The notes beneath the pieces are model-generated. The model ran no database searches. It saw only the letters and a program-made list of their open reading frames with translations, and was not told where the DNA came from. A program made the position numbers and the translations under genes. A DNA stretch of 54,566 nt, filler included, from Sphacelaria rigidula (Eukaryota): NCBI GenBank assembly GCA_964200075.2. It is 4 parts of 4 records of this genome, joined end to end, with 100 filler letters (N's around TTAATTAATTAA, not from the genome) between each part and the next. Parts side by side here need not be neighbours in the genome. Positions count along the whole stretch, not along the records: positions 13,671 to 27,236 come from CAXNAA020002797.1; positions 27,337 to 40,902 come from CAXNAA020002798.1; 2 more parts are not named here. One strand, given 5' to 3'. Below are positions 24,405 to 36,630 of the stretch, one piece after another (within the stretch, counting starts at the first letter, position 1; each line of letters starts with the position of its first letter).

Positions 24405-27236
24405 GTCTATCACCACTTGTACAAGCGTGTCGCCATCATCCCCACCTTCACGCACGACCACAGTGGATCTGTCTCGTGCGCTATGACATACGGGAACTGA
24501 TTCAAGTACACCCGGAAAATGACCGACAAAACATGAAAAAAATCAACAAGCGTATGACACGTTGTTGTTCACTCGCAAGCACATACACGGCGGAAGAGCA
24601 CTGCTGCGATCTCCGGATCATGACCACAATACGAAAAATGACCGACGCGTGATGTAAAAATGACCAGAATAAAAAATCTATCTTGTTCTCATGATCACCT
24701 CACCACTATGGGCAAGAAAAAAATGTAACGAACAGAACACCATTCCATGGTTGTGCTTGATGGAATACGGGTATGTTCGGTGGGGTATGAGATCGCTTAC
24801 ATAACTTAGAGACCTGTCGGGTACCGGAATGGAAGTTGTTGCAGAAACTTACAGAACGTGCACGATATACAGAGATTGTACAGAAGCCCTGACCCGCAAC
24901 CGGGTACTTCTACACGGGTATATTCTTACCCATGAGTAAGAATTAACGTTTCGTACATATAGCAAAAGACGGTCGGGTACCGTTGTGGCAGGCTAACATG
25001 ACTCACGGAGCATGTCGGGTAAGGGTAATGGGCAATGTCTTCCAGGCGGGACGCGTCTGTCCATGACCAACCCTTTCAGGCGGGATGCTTCTGCGGATGG
25101 GCAATATCTTCCGAGCGGGACGCGTTTGCCCATAACCAACTCTCCCTGGTGTACAAAACATCGTACCCTACTGTGCAGAACTACATAACCTAGAAATATA
25201 GTACTCCGAAATCATGCTTCGACTCATTGTGGTGTTTTCGCATAGTTGGTGGATTGGCTCCGGTCCCGTTATTTCCTTAACTTCGTTGTTCTTCTATGTG
25301 GATAGCTGGGGATGACACTTTCTATGATAGCCCACCACGAAAAAGTCCATGATTTAGGAAGGCAAAATCTACACGTAAATCGAAATGGAAAAAGCCGAGC
25401 ACAACGAGCACCTGGGGATTTTCAAGCTCGGGTTTGTTCTCGTTAATGTCGCCAATATGAGGTGCTTCATGCAGCCTGAACCCAAACATCAGGCGCTGTT
25501 TGGCCATTTTTTTCGTGAGACGTGAAGCTGTTTTTTGGGATTTTTTTTTTTTTTGGGGGGGGGGCTATCGTAGAAAGCATCCTATGTTGCTCGACTCTCG
25601 CTTGGTATCTATTTTTATTCCTCGTGTCTTCTTCTCTTATTTTCCTTTTTTTCTGTTCCTTTTTTCCTTCCTCTTTTGTTATTTCATTGGCAGATTTGAT
25701 TTGCTTCTTTCACCACACCCCGACAATTTCGAGGGACTTTTTTTTTCTTTTCTTGTTTTTCTTGTCTCTTCTTGTTTTTAAATTGACTTTTTTTCTTGGT
25801 TGTGGGCCTCAGAAGGAACGACAAGCGCTCTATCTCATGGAAGGAAACAGCAGTGACGGTACTGGAAAGGCGAGCCACATCTGTGACCACGGGTTCGGAA
25901 GATGGGGCTCCTGTGCGTGAACAAGAAGAAAAAAGAAGAATTCCCCCGAGGGTTTTCGCAAGGACGGTAGAAGAGGGGAAAATTCTCAAGGATGTGTTCT
26001 GTAGGGTACGGATATGCTCGGACGGGTGCGAGACGTCTCACAGAACTCTCGGGTACCGTACCGGTATGAAGTCTAACAGAGCCTACAAAACTCTCGGTCA
26101 CGGTATGGAGATTGTACGGAAACCCTTGACCGTATCCGAGTATTTTTACAATGGCATACCCGCACCCTGGGTACAGGCAAAAACTTCGTCCGGCTCTCAC
26201 AGAACTGTCGGGTACGGGTAGTACCCGGGTAAATACCTCGTGCATACAAAAAAGCGTACCCTGAAAAACACCATGATTTCACTGGCGACATCACTTGACG
26301 CTCCAACGGAAGACTGCCTAATGGCTACCCCGGGCGCTGTGGTCATGCTCTGGTTGTACAATCTAGCCTCGTCGATTTGTAGCAGTAGTGTGAAGCACAC
26401 ACCGGTTAAGTCTCTCGTCGGGGACTAGGCAGCTAGCAAGCTGCATGCCGTGGGAAATGATCAGAGCAATGCTACGGCAGGGGTTGCACTTTCTGTTCCT
26501 GGGTCTATTTTTTTTAGGAGCCTAAATATATGGGGCTTACTGTGCAACCCAAATCTCCAAGGACCGGACTCTCAGAAACATGGTGTTTGCACGCAGGGGC
26601 CTTTCGTGAATCGGCATCATTTTCAGTATTTTTCAAGTAAAAATGATGCCGATTCGTCAAATAATCCGTCCAACACCCCGAGCAGCCGCGAGAAACGTTT
26701 TCGCTCAAAAAACTGCAACCCCTACCGTAGTTTTGCTCATTACGTGAATGCTGTCTACGGAGGCAAGATCAGGAACGTGCGCGCCACGCGAGTAAAGAAC
26801 ACATACTCATAAGCAAGCGCTCTATCCAAGTATGGAACGCCACCGTACGGAATGCCAAGATTTAGATAACAAATCACTTTGGACTAGTGCACTGGTATGG
26901 GCACTGGTATTACTACAATTTACAGTACCCGAATTTCTTACGGTTCAACTCTGTGCTTGGATCAAGTATGGCCACTTCCATCACTCGACTACAAAGTGGT
27001 CAGTGGTTGATGCCGCGACAGCCCCCTTCAAAACCGGCGCCAAAACTGTCAAGAGGAAAATGGCCATACAGCACATGATAACTGGTTTCAGACTGCACGA
27101 AGCGCATCATGTCGGCGACATTGGTGGAAACTGTGCACGATTAGGACAAATCATCACGACTCAAAGTCACCAAATTCACGATTTCTTCGGCCTGATTGCC
27201 CAAAAGAAAGAAAAAAGTTGATCGCTGGTCCAAGGG

Positions 27237-27336
27237 NNNNNNNNNNNNNNNNNNNNNNNNNNNNNNNNNNNNNNNNNNNNTTAATTAATTAANNNNNNNN
27301 NNNNNNNNNNNNNNNNNNNNNNNNNNNNNNNNNNNN
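27237..27336. other. Artificial contig linker
   Basis: N-run + TTAATTAATTAA + N-run, 100 bp. Confidence 0.97.
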
Positions 27337-28382
27337 CCCCCTCCCCCCCCCCCCCTAAAAAATGCTTTGTTTTTTTTGCCTCCCCCCCCCCTCCCCCCCC
27401 CCCCCCCCCCCCCCCCGTCCTCCTCCCCCTCGACGTTGTTAATCACGTACCTAGCCCTCCGAGCAACATGCACGTATAAGTGGTTGATTGATCGATTGTT
27501 GACATTAACTGACCCGCCAAGAATGCAGTCGTGGCGGAACGGTGACTGAACGGAAACACTCCTCCAAGGACACTCGAGAAACGGGAAATATAAAGCAGAA
27601 AGTACAACATCTGGAAGGAAAAAAAAACTAAACTGAAAGAAAAGAGGAAGAAGGAGCAAGAAAACTGTAAAACAGTAAAAACGCTAGTACCGGCCCTGAG
27701 GAAGAAAGCCCCTGCCGCGTGGCTTCGGGGAAAGAGGCCGTACAGAAACAAGGTCGTGGAGGCAGGTTGCAACTCAGCTATCTGGGGATCTCACTATTTT
27801 TGCAGGAACTTTCACCCACGAGCTCTGCGGGAGCGAGACACAGACGCACTGAGGGCCGTTTCCAGCGACGGGGGAAAAGGGGGCGATTTTCCCGCATTTT
27901 TTCCACGTTATTCCGTACACATTGTCCATCTTTTATTTTTTAATTTAGAAACGTGCGTGACATTTTCGGCGTTCGTTGTTCGTATTCATTTTCATATTGA
28001 AAAGTGGGCACACCCAAGAATCAGCGCTACTGCTTTCTTTCGTGCACTTCACGGGTACTCGCGACCCCTGCACTGCAGACACCACGATCGCACTGGATGC
28101 AGACATGAAACATTTCCTATCCTCGGTGATGATGATGATGTCTTGGGTATAATGGGTGTGGAATGCGGACGTGGGCCCCGAACCATTTAGCATACAACAG
28201 GCCTATTTCCCCCTTCACCACGAGTGGAGAATGAAAAAGTGCATGGAGAATTCGAAAAGCTCATCCTCTCGTTAAGGACGGTCGCTCTTACGGCTGGGAA
28301 AAATATGCCCCATAATCGGTGTTGAGACACTTCCGTTCTTGTCGCCCCTCGTTCTCGCTTCCTCTGCTTCTCGAACGGGAAG

Positions 28383-31300
28383 ATATCCATCGAACAACGA
28401 GCGTCACTGACCGGAGTATTCTCCCGTACTGCATGATGATGATCGACGGCGCGAATTGGTGAGCCCCTTCCTTGTCTATGGGCTTTGGAAATATATTGTA
28501 TACTGTACTGTACGGACTCCAGTGTTCACAACGTTCAACGTTCAGGTATACAGGCTTCTTTTCTACTCCGTAATCCGCACAAGATACGAGCTCGCTCACA
28601 ATCTTTTTTGGCGTATACCCTCTGTGACCCTCACGATACTCGCGTATTTTGTTCTGGCTGACTTATGGTTGGGGAACATGAGATGCACGACACCGCTGAG
28701 TATGACCACGGGTGAAGTACATGCTTGCCGTTGAGCAAAAAGGGAGTTTTTTTTTGCTTCCGCTGTTGCTGCAACACAAACCTTCTGTTTGGTGGAAGGG
28801 TGTGGAACGTAAATTAGCGTTGGGGGGCAATCACCCGTGATCGAACAGCCTTCAGCCCAATCCCGCTTCCGCACGGCGCCATGCTCCCCCTTCGCTCTTC
28901 CTGTGCTGCTGTTTCGTGTGCCGAAATAAAAAAGGGTCATGTTCGCCTACCTGATCGACGACGTATTCCCGATAGGGCTGACCAACGGCGTGGGTTGTAT
29001 GTTTGGAACCGTGTATGCTTGTATATACTTGCGGAATTGTTGGGACGACAAGCGTGAAGGGGTTGCGAAGACAGCGTGGTCCATCTTCCTTGGGGCTTTG
29101 TGCATTATCCTGTGAGTTATGCTCTCCGTTTGTTGGCGGGGAGCACTCGGGCGGGAAGGCGGGGGGGCGGTTGTGTTGCCGCGGCCATTACATGTTGTCA
29201 AGGACGATCGTATCTAACCTCGCGTGCACATCGCTCATGATGTCGAGCTGGAGCGGTGCGCCGAGTGTTCGCCAGAAATACGCTGCCGTGCGTTTTGGGG
29301 TCAACCTACATGTTGCTGGCGTCGAAGCAGCATGGGCAGACTTTCGTGCGCGCGCGCATCTGCTGCTCATGTTTGGTGAATTTTATTTTTCGGAGGTTCC
29401 ACGTACGAGCCCGTTCCTTTACCCCGTATCTACGGCTTCGCGCATTCGCTCGACGTGTTTCCCCTTCCCTCTCTCCTCCCCTCGCCCATGCATTTTTTTT
29501 GCTTTTGTCTTACTTTGAGGCAGTTACGCACATCCCGAATCACGGCGAGTAGTCTCGCCCAAGTGTCGCCGTGCCTACCTGTCTTGATGAGACTTTCATG
29601 ATAGCGCCGCCCTCCCCGCCCCTGTGTTTTCGCAGCACGATGTGGACAGCGGCCGTGACAATTACCCTCTTATCGAGTCGAAAAACGGCTACCGATCGGT
29701 TGGGATACATAGTGGACTTCTTCACGATGCTGCTGTACGGATCTCCGTTGGCGCTTGCTTGGCAGGTGATCGAACGGCAAATCTCCCAAGTTCCCTTGTA
29801 TGCACATACGTGTTAGCGGCTTTCGGGGTTTCTTTACTAGGCATGTCTGGTTGTAACTTACATTTGTATGCAAGGTTTTGAAAACCCGATATTCGTGCGT
29901 CTACTGACCCTAGATACAAAATCAAATTCATTTTTTTTTTTTCATGTTGATTTCTTTTGTTCTCACAAGTATACGTATTGGACACCGCACAGTACCGGAA
30001 TCAGTACTGAACAGGAAGGACGGGACAAGAGAACGAGCAGTTCAATATACAAGTATACTTTGCACCAGTTTGTACAGAGCGCAATAGATTGTCCGTTGAC
30101 GATATCCATGACATCTCACATTGTCGGGTTTTTTTTTTTCTGTTCACAAGTGTACGTGTTGAGATACCACACGCTACCGAGACTGCTGTCGACAGTACAG
30201 TGAATCGAACTCAATTACAGTACAGGACGGAAGGTGTAAAAGCAGTACAACACATACACGAGATCAATCTTGCTACGTCGTACGATTGTACTTTTGTACA
30301 GACAAGACATGTTCTATCCTGTACTGTACTGTACTCACTGCACTGTCTGTAGTAGTGTCGGTAGCACGTGGTCCGCATGGTCGCCCGTTTTTTACTCCCT
30401 CTACCGCTCTACTCGTGCGCGTACAAGAAGGTGGTGGGCGCTCTGCGCTGAAAATCGAAATCTGTCCACAGTCCGAATCTTTCATGTGTGAGGCTTAGTA
30501 CTCTCTTTTTTGTTTCTGGTGGTTATCATTCGCCCTCGCAGTCAAGGTAGTCTGTGAAGTGACGTCACGAAGTCATCAATGGTCAGGGTTACTGAGATTA
30601 CTAACCCAACATTTGGGTGGATTATTGAGATCATACCCAGCTCTACCGAATTGCCGGGTAGAGAATTGAGGTCATTCTCAAGTGATACTCTACACCCGGG
30701 TATTGCTGAGAGTACTGACTAATTGTTTGGGTAGAGTATTGAGATAATACGCAACTCAATCCAGAACTTGGGTGGAGTAAGTATCCGGGTTATACCCGAG
30801 TTCTCAAGAGTACATGCCCTACCCAAGACGCCCTTGTGACATTTTCATCAGCCTGTCAACGTTGATATGTATGGAGCGTGTTCCCTATGCTTGTTTCCTC
30901 GCAATGCTTCTCTTCGTTTTTTTTATCTCTTTGTAGCTGTACTTTGTTCCGCTTCTGCAGAACCGGTAGGTGGACATTTTCCCCAAAATTGTGCGGTCTC
31001 CGGATAGCTCCATCGCAACTTGCATACACGGCATGGTTATTTTGTTTGGCCTCTTCTCCTGAAGTTCTGAAAAACACCTGAACCTGTCGAGTTTCCTTCT
31101 CTCGGGACCGGTACAACATCTTATCCAGGAGGGCCCATCTCGTAAAATATCCCTCTGTCTTGTATTTTTTCCCGAGAATCTCGTGAAAGAACGAACCGTG
31201 CGAAGCCATTTTATATTTTTCCCTTGTTATTTGGAAAAACGAGGGGAAAAAACGAACCGGAGGAAACGGCCTTACTTGGCTTAGTGCTTTCATTATCTTT

Positions 31301-33533
31301 TTTTCTTTTTCTTTTTTGTCGGTGTACGGTACTACGTTATTTGCTCTCCCTTCCCCCCATTACCCCCTTAACTCGAGTTTCCTTCTTCGTTAGCCAGTGC
31401 TCTCCGTTCAGGTACCGTGAGTACATACATCTCACCGCCGTGGCTGGATTATTAGCGGGGCAGTTCATCTTAATGTGCGACAATCCATTAATCAACCAAT
31501 CAATCGATGAATCAATGAAAGGGTCAGACAAATCATCGCTGGTTCAGATCACCAGATCTACATTGTTTGAGGCCCGATTGCTCGAAAAAGAGAGAAAGAA
31601 GGGACAAAAAAACAAGTTGACCGTCGGTCAAAACGATTTGCGCCATTCCACGTGCCTGAGGGGTGCGCGTACCTGGGGTGCATCACTGAAAACAAAGCCC
31701 AAGGATTGATTCGTACCGTACGAATCAGTTACACGGTTGTAAAATCGAGCAATTCCAGGCGACTCATTTCTCGTCCGTCCCTTGCAATCAACCATTTGTG
31801 TAGACATACAGTTTATGTCTCGAATCAACGAGCCACTTGCTAGACCACATTCCTCTGTCCGCTTTGTTACTCAGTGTGTTTATTCCACATTTCCCTAATT
31901 CAGGGTGCAAATGTTGTCAACTCAAGTGCGCCCGAGCGTCACATCTTTTCGCCGAAAAACAGAACCCTTATCACTAGTCGAATGTGGCTTATTCAAAAAC
32001 ATGGCGATTGTCTATGCTTACAAACTACAGAAACCGTGTCACCGTGCGGAGGCAGTCAATCCCTTGCACCTGGTGGTGTTTTGGTCAGTGTGGTCCCAAA
32101 CCTTCACTTTGTCAGGCGCTTCCAGAATGCGTCACAATGATGAGCTTCCGGAGAATGAATGTTCCCGTGGCCTGAACTGCCCTGTCCCTCCTCCTCCCTT
32201 TCTTCCAAATACGTTGTCTCCGGGGGTGGGCAAAAAAGGTTCTGCGAACGCGATCTACGTCGGGAATGTATTTGCCCCTATCGTTGACGATCGTCGCAGC
32301 ATCCGCGCTGTGGAGCGCTTATGGACTTTTGACTAGCGACCTGTTCGTGGTCATACCACAGAGTGTCGGCTTGTTCGCCGGGATAGCCCAGCTGTTCCTT
32401 TTCCTCAGGTGAGACGGAAAAAAAGCATCAGCGGAGTTCACGACTTTATGAGACGTTTCTCGGTCGCGTAAAACATTCAGTTTCCTCGTTTTCACTGGTG
32501 AGTATTTTGTTTCATCTGGCTCTTTCGATTAATGCTAGAAGATGATACATTGATTGATAACTTGCATTTCGCAAAATTTTCTGCTCCACAATGCGGTCAT
32601 ATCTTCTCGATACTGTTACGAAATTCGAGTTTCACCCCAGGTACAGGTCCTTTCGTTCGGTCTTCAATGTTTCGTAACATGTGTGGAGCTATATGGTATG
32701 CACTGAAGGATGACTTCGATATCATGAAAACCGGCAAAAAGCCATTACAGGAGCAGATTCAACCGTGGACAGTTTGAGAGGCCCGAATATGTCAGATCTG
32801 TGCAGCCGACTCCGGGATCCTAGGCAACAGGATCTCGTCGGTAAAAATAATTCAACGCAACAAGAGCCACCGCCGAGGCACCTGGGGGGTCACTCTCAAC
32901 CTGCTCCCTATCCGGTGCAGACGGAATCAACAGCCCGCAACTCGGCTATGGTCAATCCTTGCCCAGATCACACGAAAAAAATATCATCGTGTCGCTTGAT
33001 GGTTCCGTTCCGTTCACTCACGGTTTCGTTTTCCGTAGATATCGATATATCTATCGCTTGCCCTGTCCGGGTTCGCGTGTGTTGTATTAATGTTGAGGTT
33101 TCGTCCCCTCCCCCCCCCACCCCCGTTCCCCCCGTGTCTTTCAAAGATACATGATTGGTTCGGTGATGTGAATGGCACTCGGGGGTTATGGGCTAATTTC
33201 CCCTCACTCTCATACTCCGTCACTCCCGCATTTATATGGTTCGCTGGGTAACCGACCGTTTCTCTCGGGAATCGACGGACCTCTGCTGGCAAATCCCGCA
33301 ACAGATTTGGAGTCGCTGATAACAATAAATCAGCGGTGCCGAGAAACCCGTCAGACACTAGTGCGGACAGTGAGCTTGGGGGCCCCGCGGAAAGCGACCG
33401 ACGCGAGCTGTCAAACGATTCAGGCAACGGGGACCCCAAGCAGCCGAGTACCAAAGGGAAAAAAGTGGGCAAGACAAATGGGGCACCAAGTGGCGCCGAA
33501 AGCGGGGACCAGATGCGACAACCTCTTCTGTAG
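28383..33533 (+). CDS. SWEET: SWEET (MtN3/saliva) family sugar transporter; 5' exon unresolved
   Basis: Exons: ~28383-28458 (DIHRTTSVTDRSILPYCMMMIDGANW), 28935-29111 (VMFAYLIDDVFPIGLTNGVGCMFGTVYACIYLR..ALCIIL), 29636-29765 (..DRLGYIVDFFTMLLYGSPLALAWQ), 32239-32408 (VLRTRSTSGMYLPLS..LWSAYGLLTSDLFVVIPQSVGLFAGIAQLFLFLR), 33305-33533 (tail ending DQMRQPLL*). Splice phases are consistent. YGSPL, RTxST, LWxxYG, D-x-FV-x-IP and QL are MtN3 repeat hallmarks. Confidence 0.9.
30585..30830. repeat. Degenerate minisatellite ('ttgggtagagtattgagat..accc')
   Basis: Several imperfect tandem units inside a SWEET intron. Confidence 0.6.
31519..31783. mobile_element. MITE family D copy in a SWEET intron
   Basis: Ends 'aagggtcagacaaat' and 'ctcgtccgtccctt'. 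The interior is the reverse complement of 21431-21684. Confidence 0.75.
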
Positions 33534-35852
33534 CAAAATGAACTCTGGACTATGTACGCGGTTGCACGGAAGTAAATGGGGGAGGGGGAGGGGGAAGGTG
33601 TTGTTCGATTGGTGCAGAGAAAATGTGCCTTGTAACGTGAACGAGCCCCCACCATATACTGGTATGTCCTTTTCCGAATCTGGCTCTGTCATGTGAGGTG
33701 CGTGTTTGTTGTAGCATTGTGATGGTGCTATTATGGTTCTTGCGATTCGATTGTTTTCTATCTGAGCTTTATGGTCGTCACAGACCCAAGCGTGTGGTGT
33801 GCAGTGACGAGGATGCTTGTTTCGCGAATATATGTGTTGATGCGTTCCCTCTTGTTCTCTTCTCCGAGGGTGCGCCTTGCCCGTCGGGTCTTCGTTCGAT
33901 CGGGCTCCCTCGCTAGTTACTCTCTATGTTCCCTCCATCACCTCTTGACGCCATGCTTCCATTGCCGAATTTGCCCTTGGTTGGTCAGGCTGATGTACTT
34001 GCTTTGGATTATGACATGAGTTGTGCAAGGCGCACTTGCTGGCATTGATGTATCCTGTGCGTGTTGTCAAGGCGTTCGTGCTGCTGAAATGTCAACCGCG
34101 CGTTTGTGTAGAAAATGCTTGCAGCTTGTTTCACCTGGTGATTCTGTTACTGTAGTATCAGGCGGTCAATCGACTGTTGTTCCCCGTAATTTCTTGAATG
34201 GTGTTTTGGGCGAAGGGAGAGGGAAAGCCGTAGTCATTACACAAAAAGCACAAAGCGCGATTTGTGTTTTTTGTATAGTGACTACGGCTTTTGCTTTCGT
34301 CAAGAGGTGGATTAGGGCGGTGCTATTTATTGCCGTTTACTTACTGGAGGCATGAATATGTCGCAAGAGATGAGCCGCGGAGTCTTTCACGTATGAACAG
34401 CGTTTCGCTTGGGCAGTAAGTAGACTATACCTTTTTTGTTGTCTGTGTTTTTGTACATTGTTTGTGTCGCTCGTGTCGGTGGAGTAGACAAGCACAGCAA
34501 TCATATAGACTTAGTAGAAGAAACACAACATATGAAGTGCATGTGCTGCCTTGCTTCGCTTCGCTGCCTATGCTCTTGACGGCTTTCCTTACCGCGTGGG
34601 GGAGAACGACTAACCGCGGGTGGGAGACAGACAGCTTGCGAAAGGCGGAGGCACCGACCGTATGTACATACAACGAGGGATCTTGAAAAATAGGCACGAG
34701 TTTTTTTTACGGGAGACTAATGCCGAGGTAGCCCCCCCACAAAAAGTGCACCGGCACCATCCAACGAACCGGCTGCTATCCCACTATTGGGCTCGTTTGC
34801 AGCTATTTCGCCCACACGAGAGGCGTGTAGCAGTCCGAAATCAGCTATAACGCCCAAATCAGTCGCGTCGTGCGGCACGAAACCACCTTTGACGGCAGTT
34901 ATGATCATCGCCTCCGTGAACGTTTTTGGCCGGTTTTGGCGGGGGATATCTCGGCAGCAGTCGGGAACGACAAAAAAATGGCTTGAAGTCGTACGAAAAG
35001 GTACTCCTTCAAGGCACTGAGGAAACAGGAGGCCCCCGAAAGGTTGAAGAGCCGAGCCGAGCGGTTGTGGCACCATTTCAAAAAATATTATGTGGGTTGG
35101 TTGTCTCCGGATTCAAGCGCGGTCATCGCGTTCCACGTCCAGTTGCAGCCATCGTCACAAACGCTATACAAAAGATATGAAGGACCATTGATTGAAGTTT
35201 TCCTTCGGTGTATTATACCCGAAGAATATGTCAATTATACCTTTTGATCCTGCCGTACAAGGCATGAAGGAGCAACGGAAAATAAATGTATTGCCGAAAC
35301 CGAACAAAAGAAAGAGTCGAAAATAGAAGTTCATTTACTTGCGCTGGAGTTCCTTCGCTTACTTTTCGTACTACTTTTCGTCGTTGTCTCACTACAATCT
35401 CCTTGACTCGCGCTCGAGTTCCTACTCGCCGTACCAAGGGCGCTGAAAAAAAACTCCGAGATCCGATGTCCCCCCCTCCGGCGGTCGTAAGATGTTTTTT
35501 GTTCACATTAAAAAACACTCAATAAACAGTCATTTTGGGGCGGCTTGGGTGAGGTAACGTCCATGATTGTTGGCCCTGTCTACCACCACAAGATGGGACG
35601 CACATTGGACGCAAATTGGCGGTGCATATAGATACGTTTAGCTTGTTGAGCAAGCATTGCATAGAATTGTGGTATTTGTCTGGTCTTGTTCTTGTTGTCG
35701 TGGAAGTTTGATATGCGATGTATTGCCGAAACCCATAAATATAACTTGGCCTTATTTGGCTCCGAAGATATGCGAAGAATCAAAGCTTCATTGAAACACA
35801 GACTAACAATACATATATATTCATGTATGGGGTTTAGTGGTCCCCCCCCCCC

Positions 35853-35955
35853 CGCCTGGTCCGGCGGAAACCCGGCGTGCTCCGTCCCGGCTTTGTAGGG
35901 ATGCGAGGTCAATGGTCTGATGACTATGGCAGGCATGATCATGAGTACACCCCCC
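35853..35955 (-). repeat. Dispersed repeat family B copy
   Basis: Reverse complement aligns with 7400-7500 (…ggagca.gccggg…cgccggaccagg). Confidence 0.7.
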
Positions 35956-36042
35956 CCGAAAAAGTCCAGGATTCAAGAAAGGGGCTTAGGGTCTCGGATA
36001 TTTTTGGACACCCTTGGCCGTACTACTCTTTTTTCGTCACAC

Positions 36043-36630
36043 TTTGAACCCTCTCCTTCCTCGGGACGAGTCCGTGGTCTCGAGGAATGAACCCATCCTC
36101 CCCGGTAAACGCCTTGCTCTTTGATTTCGCGGATTGGGTAAGTGCGCCTTCACCGCGTCGACTCACGTAGAACAAACTCAGTCACAACGTAATTTCATTT
36201 ACTCATAACGTTTTCGTGAGATTGAGAGTAAATGGCTGATTGAGAGTGGCTTCAGTAAGTCGCTTTAACCTAGCCAATTTTTCATTCCGTGTGTGCTTTT
36301 GTTTGCCTCTATCACTAGCGTGTGCTCACAGCTACAGCATACATGTTGATATCCTACTTGGGGATATCAAGGGCCTTCGTGGGGGTAAGCTACTACAGAA
36401 AGCATATCGGAACTGAAACGACTCATTCACTAATAATTGAGCGCTTTTCACTCTAAATCGTATCCTCTACACTTTACACTCATCTCACGAAAACGTTGTT
36501 TCACGTTCTCACTCCTTCTACGGTGGAAGTCAGATACTTCGATTAAAACATCCAACGCATCGGGACCGAACTCGCATTCTCTGCACGCCAATGGTGACAG
36601 TCGGACCACTACACCACCGGGGTGCGCCGG
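36043..36630 (-). mobile_element. tRNA-derived SINE copy 3, interrupted by a family A MITE
   Basis: Homology to 22048-22343 stops at ~36205 and resumes at ~36501. The head reads 'ccccggtggtgtagtgg..gagttcggtccc'. Confidence 0.75.
36207..36497. mobile_element. MITE family A copy nested in the SINE
   Basis: TIR aacgttttcgtgagat / atctcacgaaaacgtt. The interior is homologous to 23072-23361. Confidence 0.85.

Noticed and set aside
28291..28350. 'RLGKICPIIGVETLPFLSPL' as SWEET TM1
   Set aside because: It is out of frame with the next segment, has an upstream stop and no ATG, and overlaps the polypyrimidine tract. Probably coincidental.
33014..33696. Long ORFs 33014-33655 (-) and 33172-33696 (+)
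   Set aside because: They are shadows of the GC-rich last SWEET exon, which is read in another frame.
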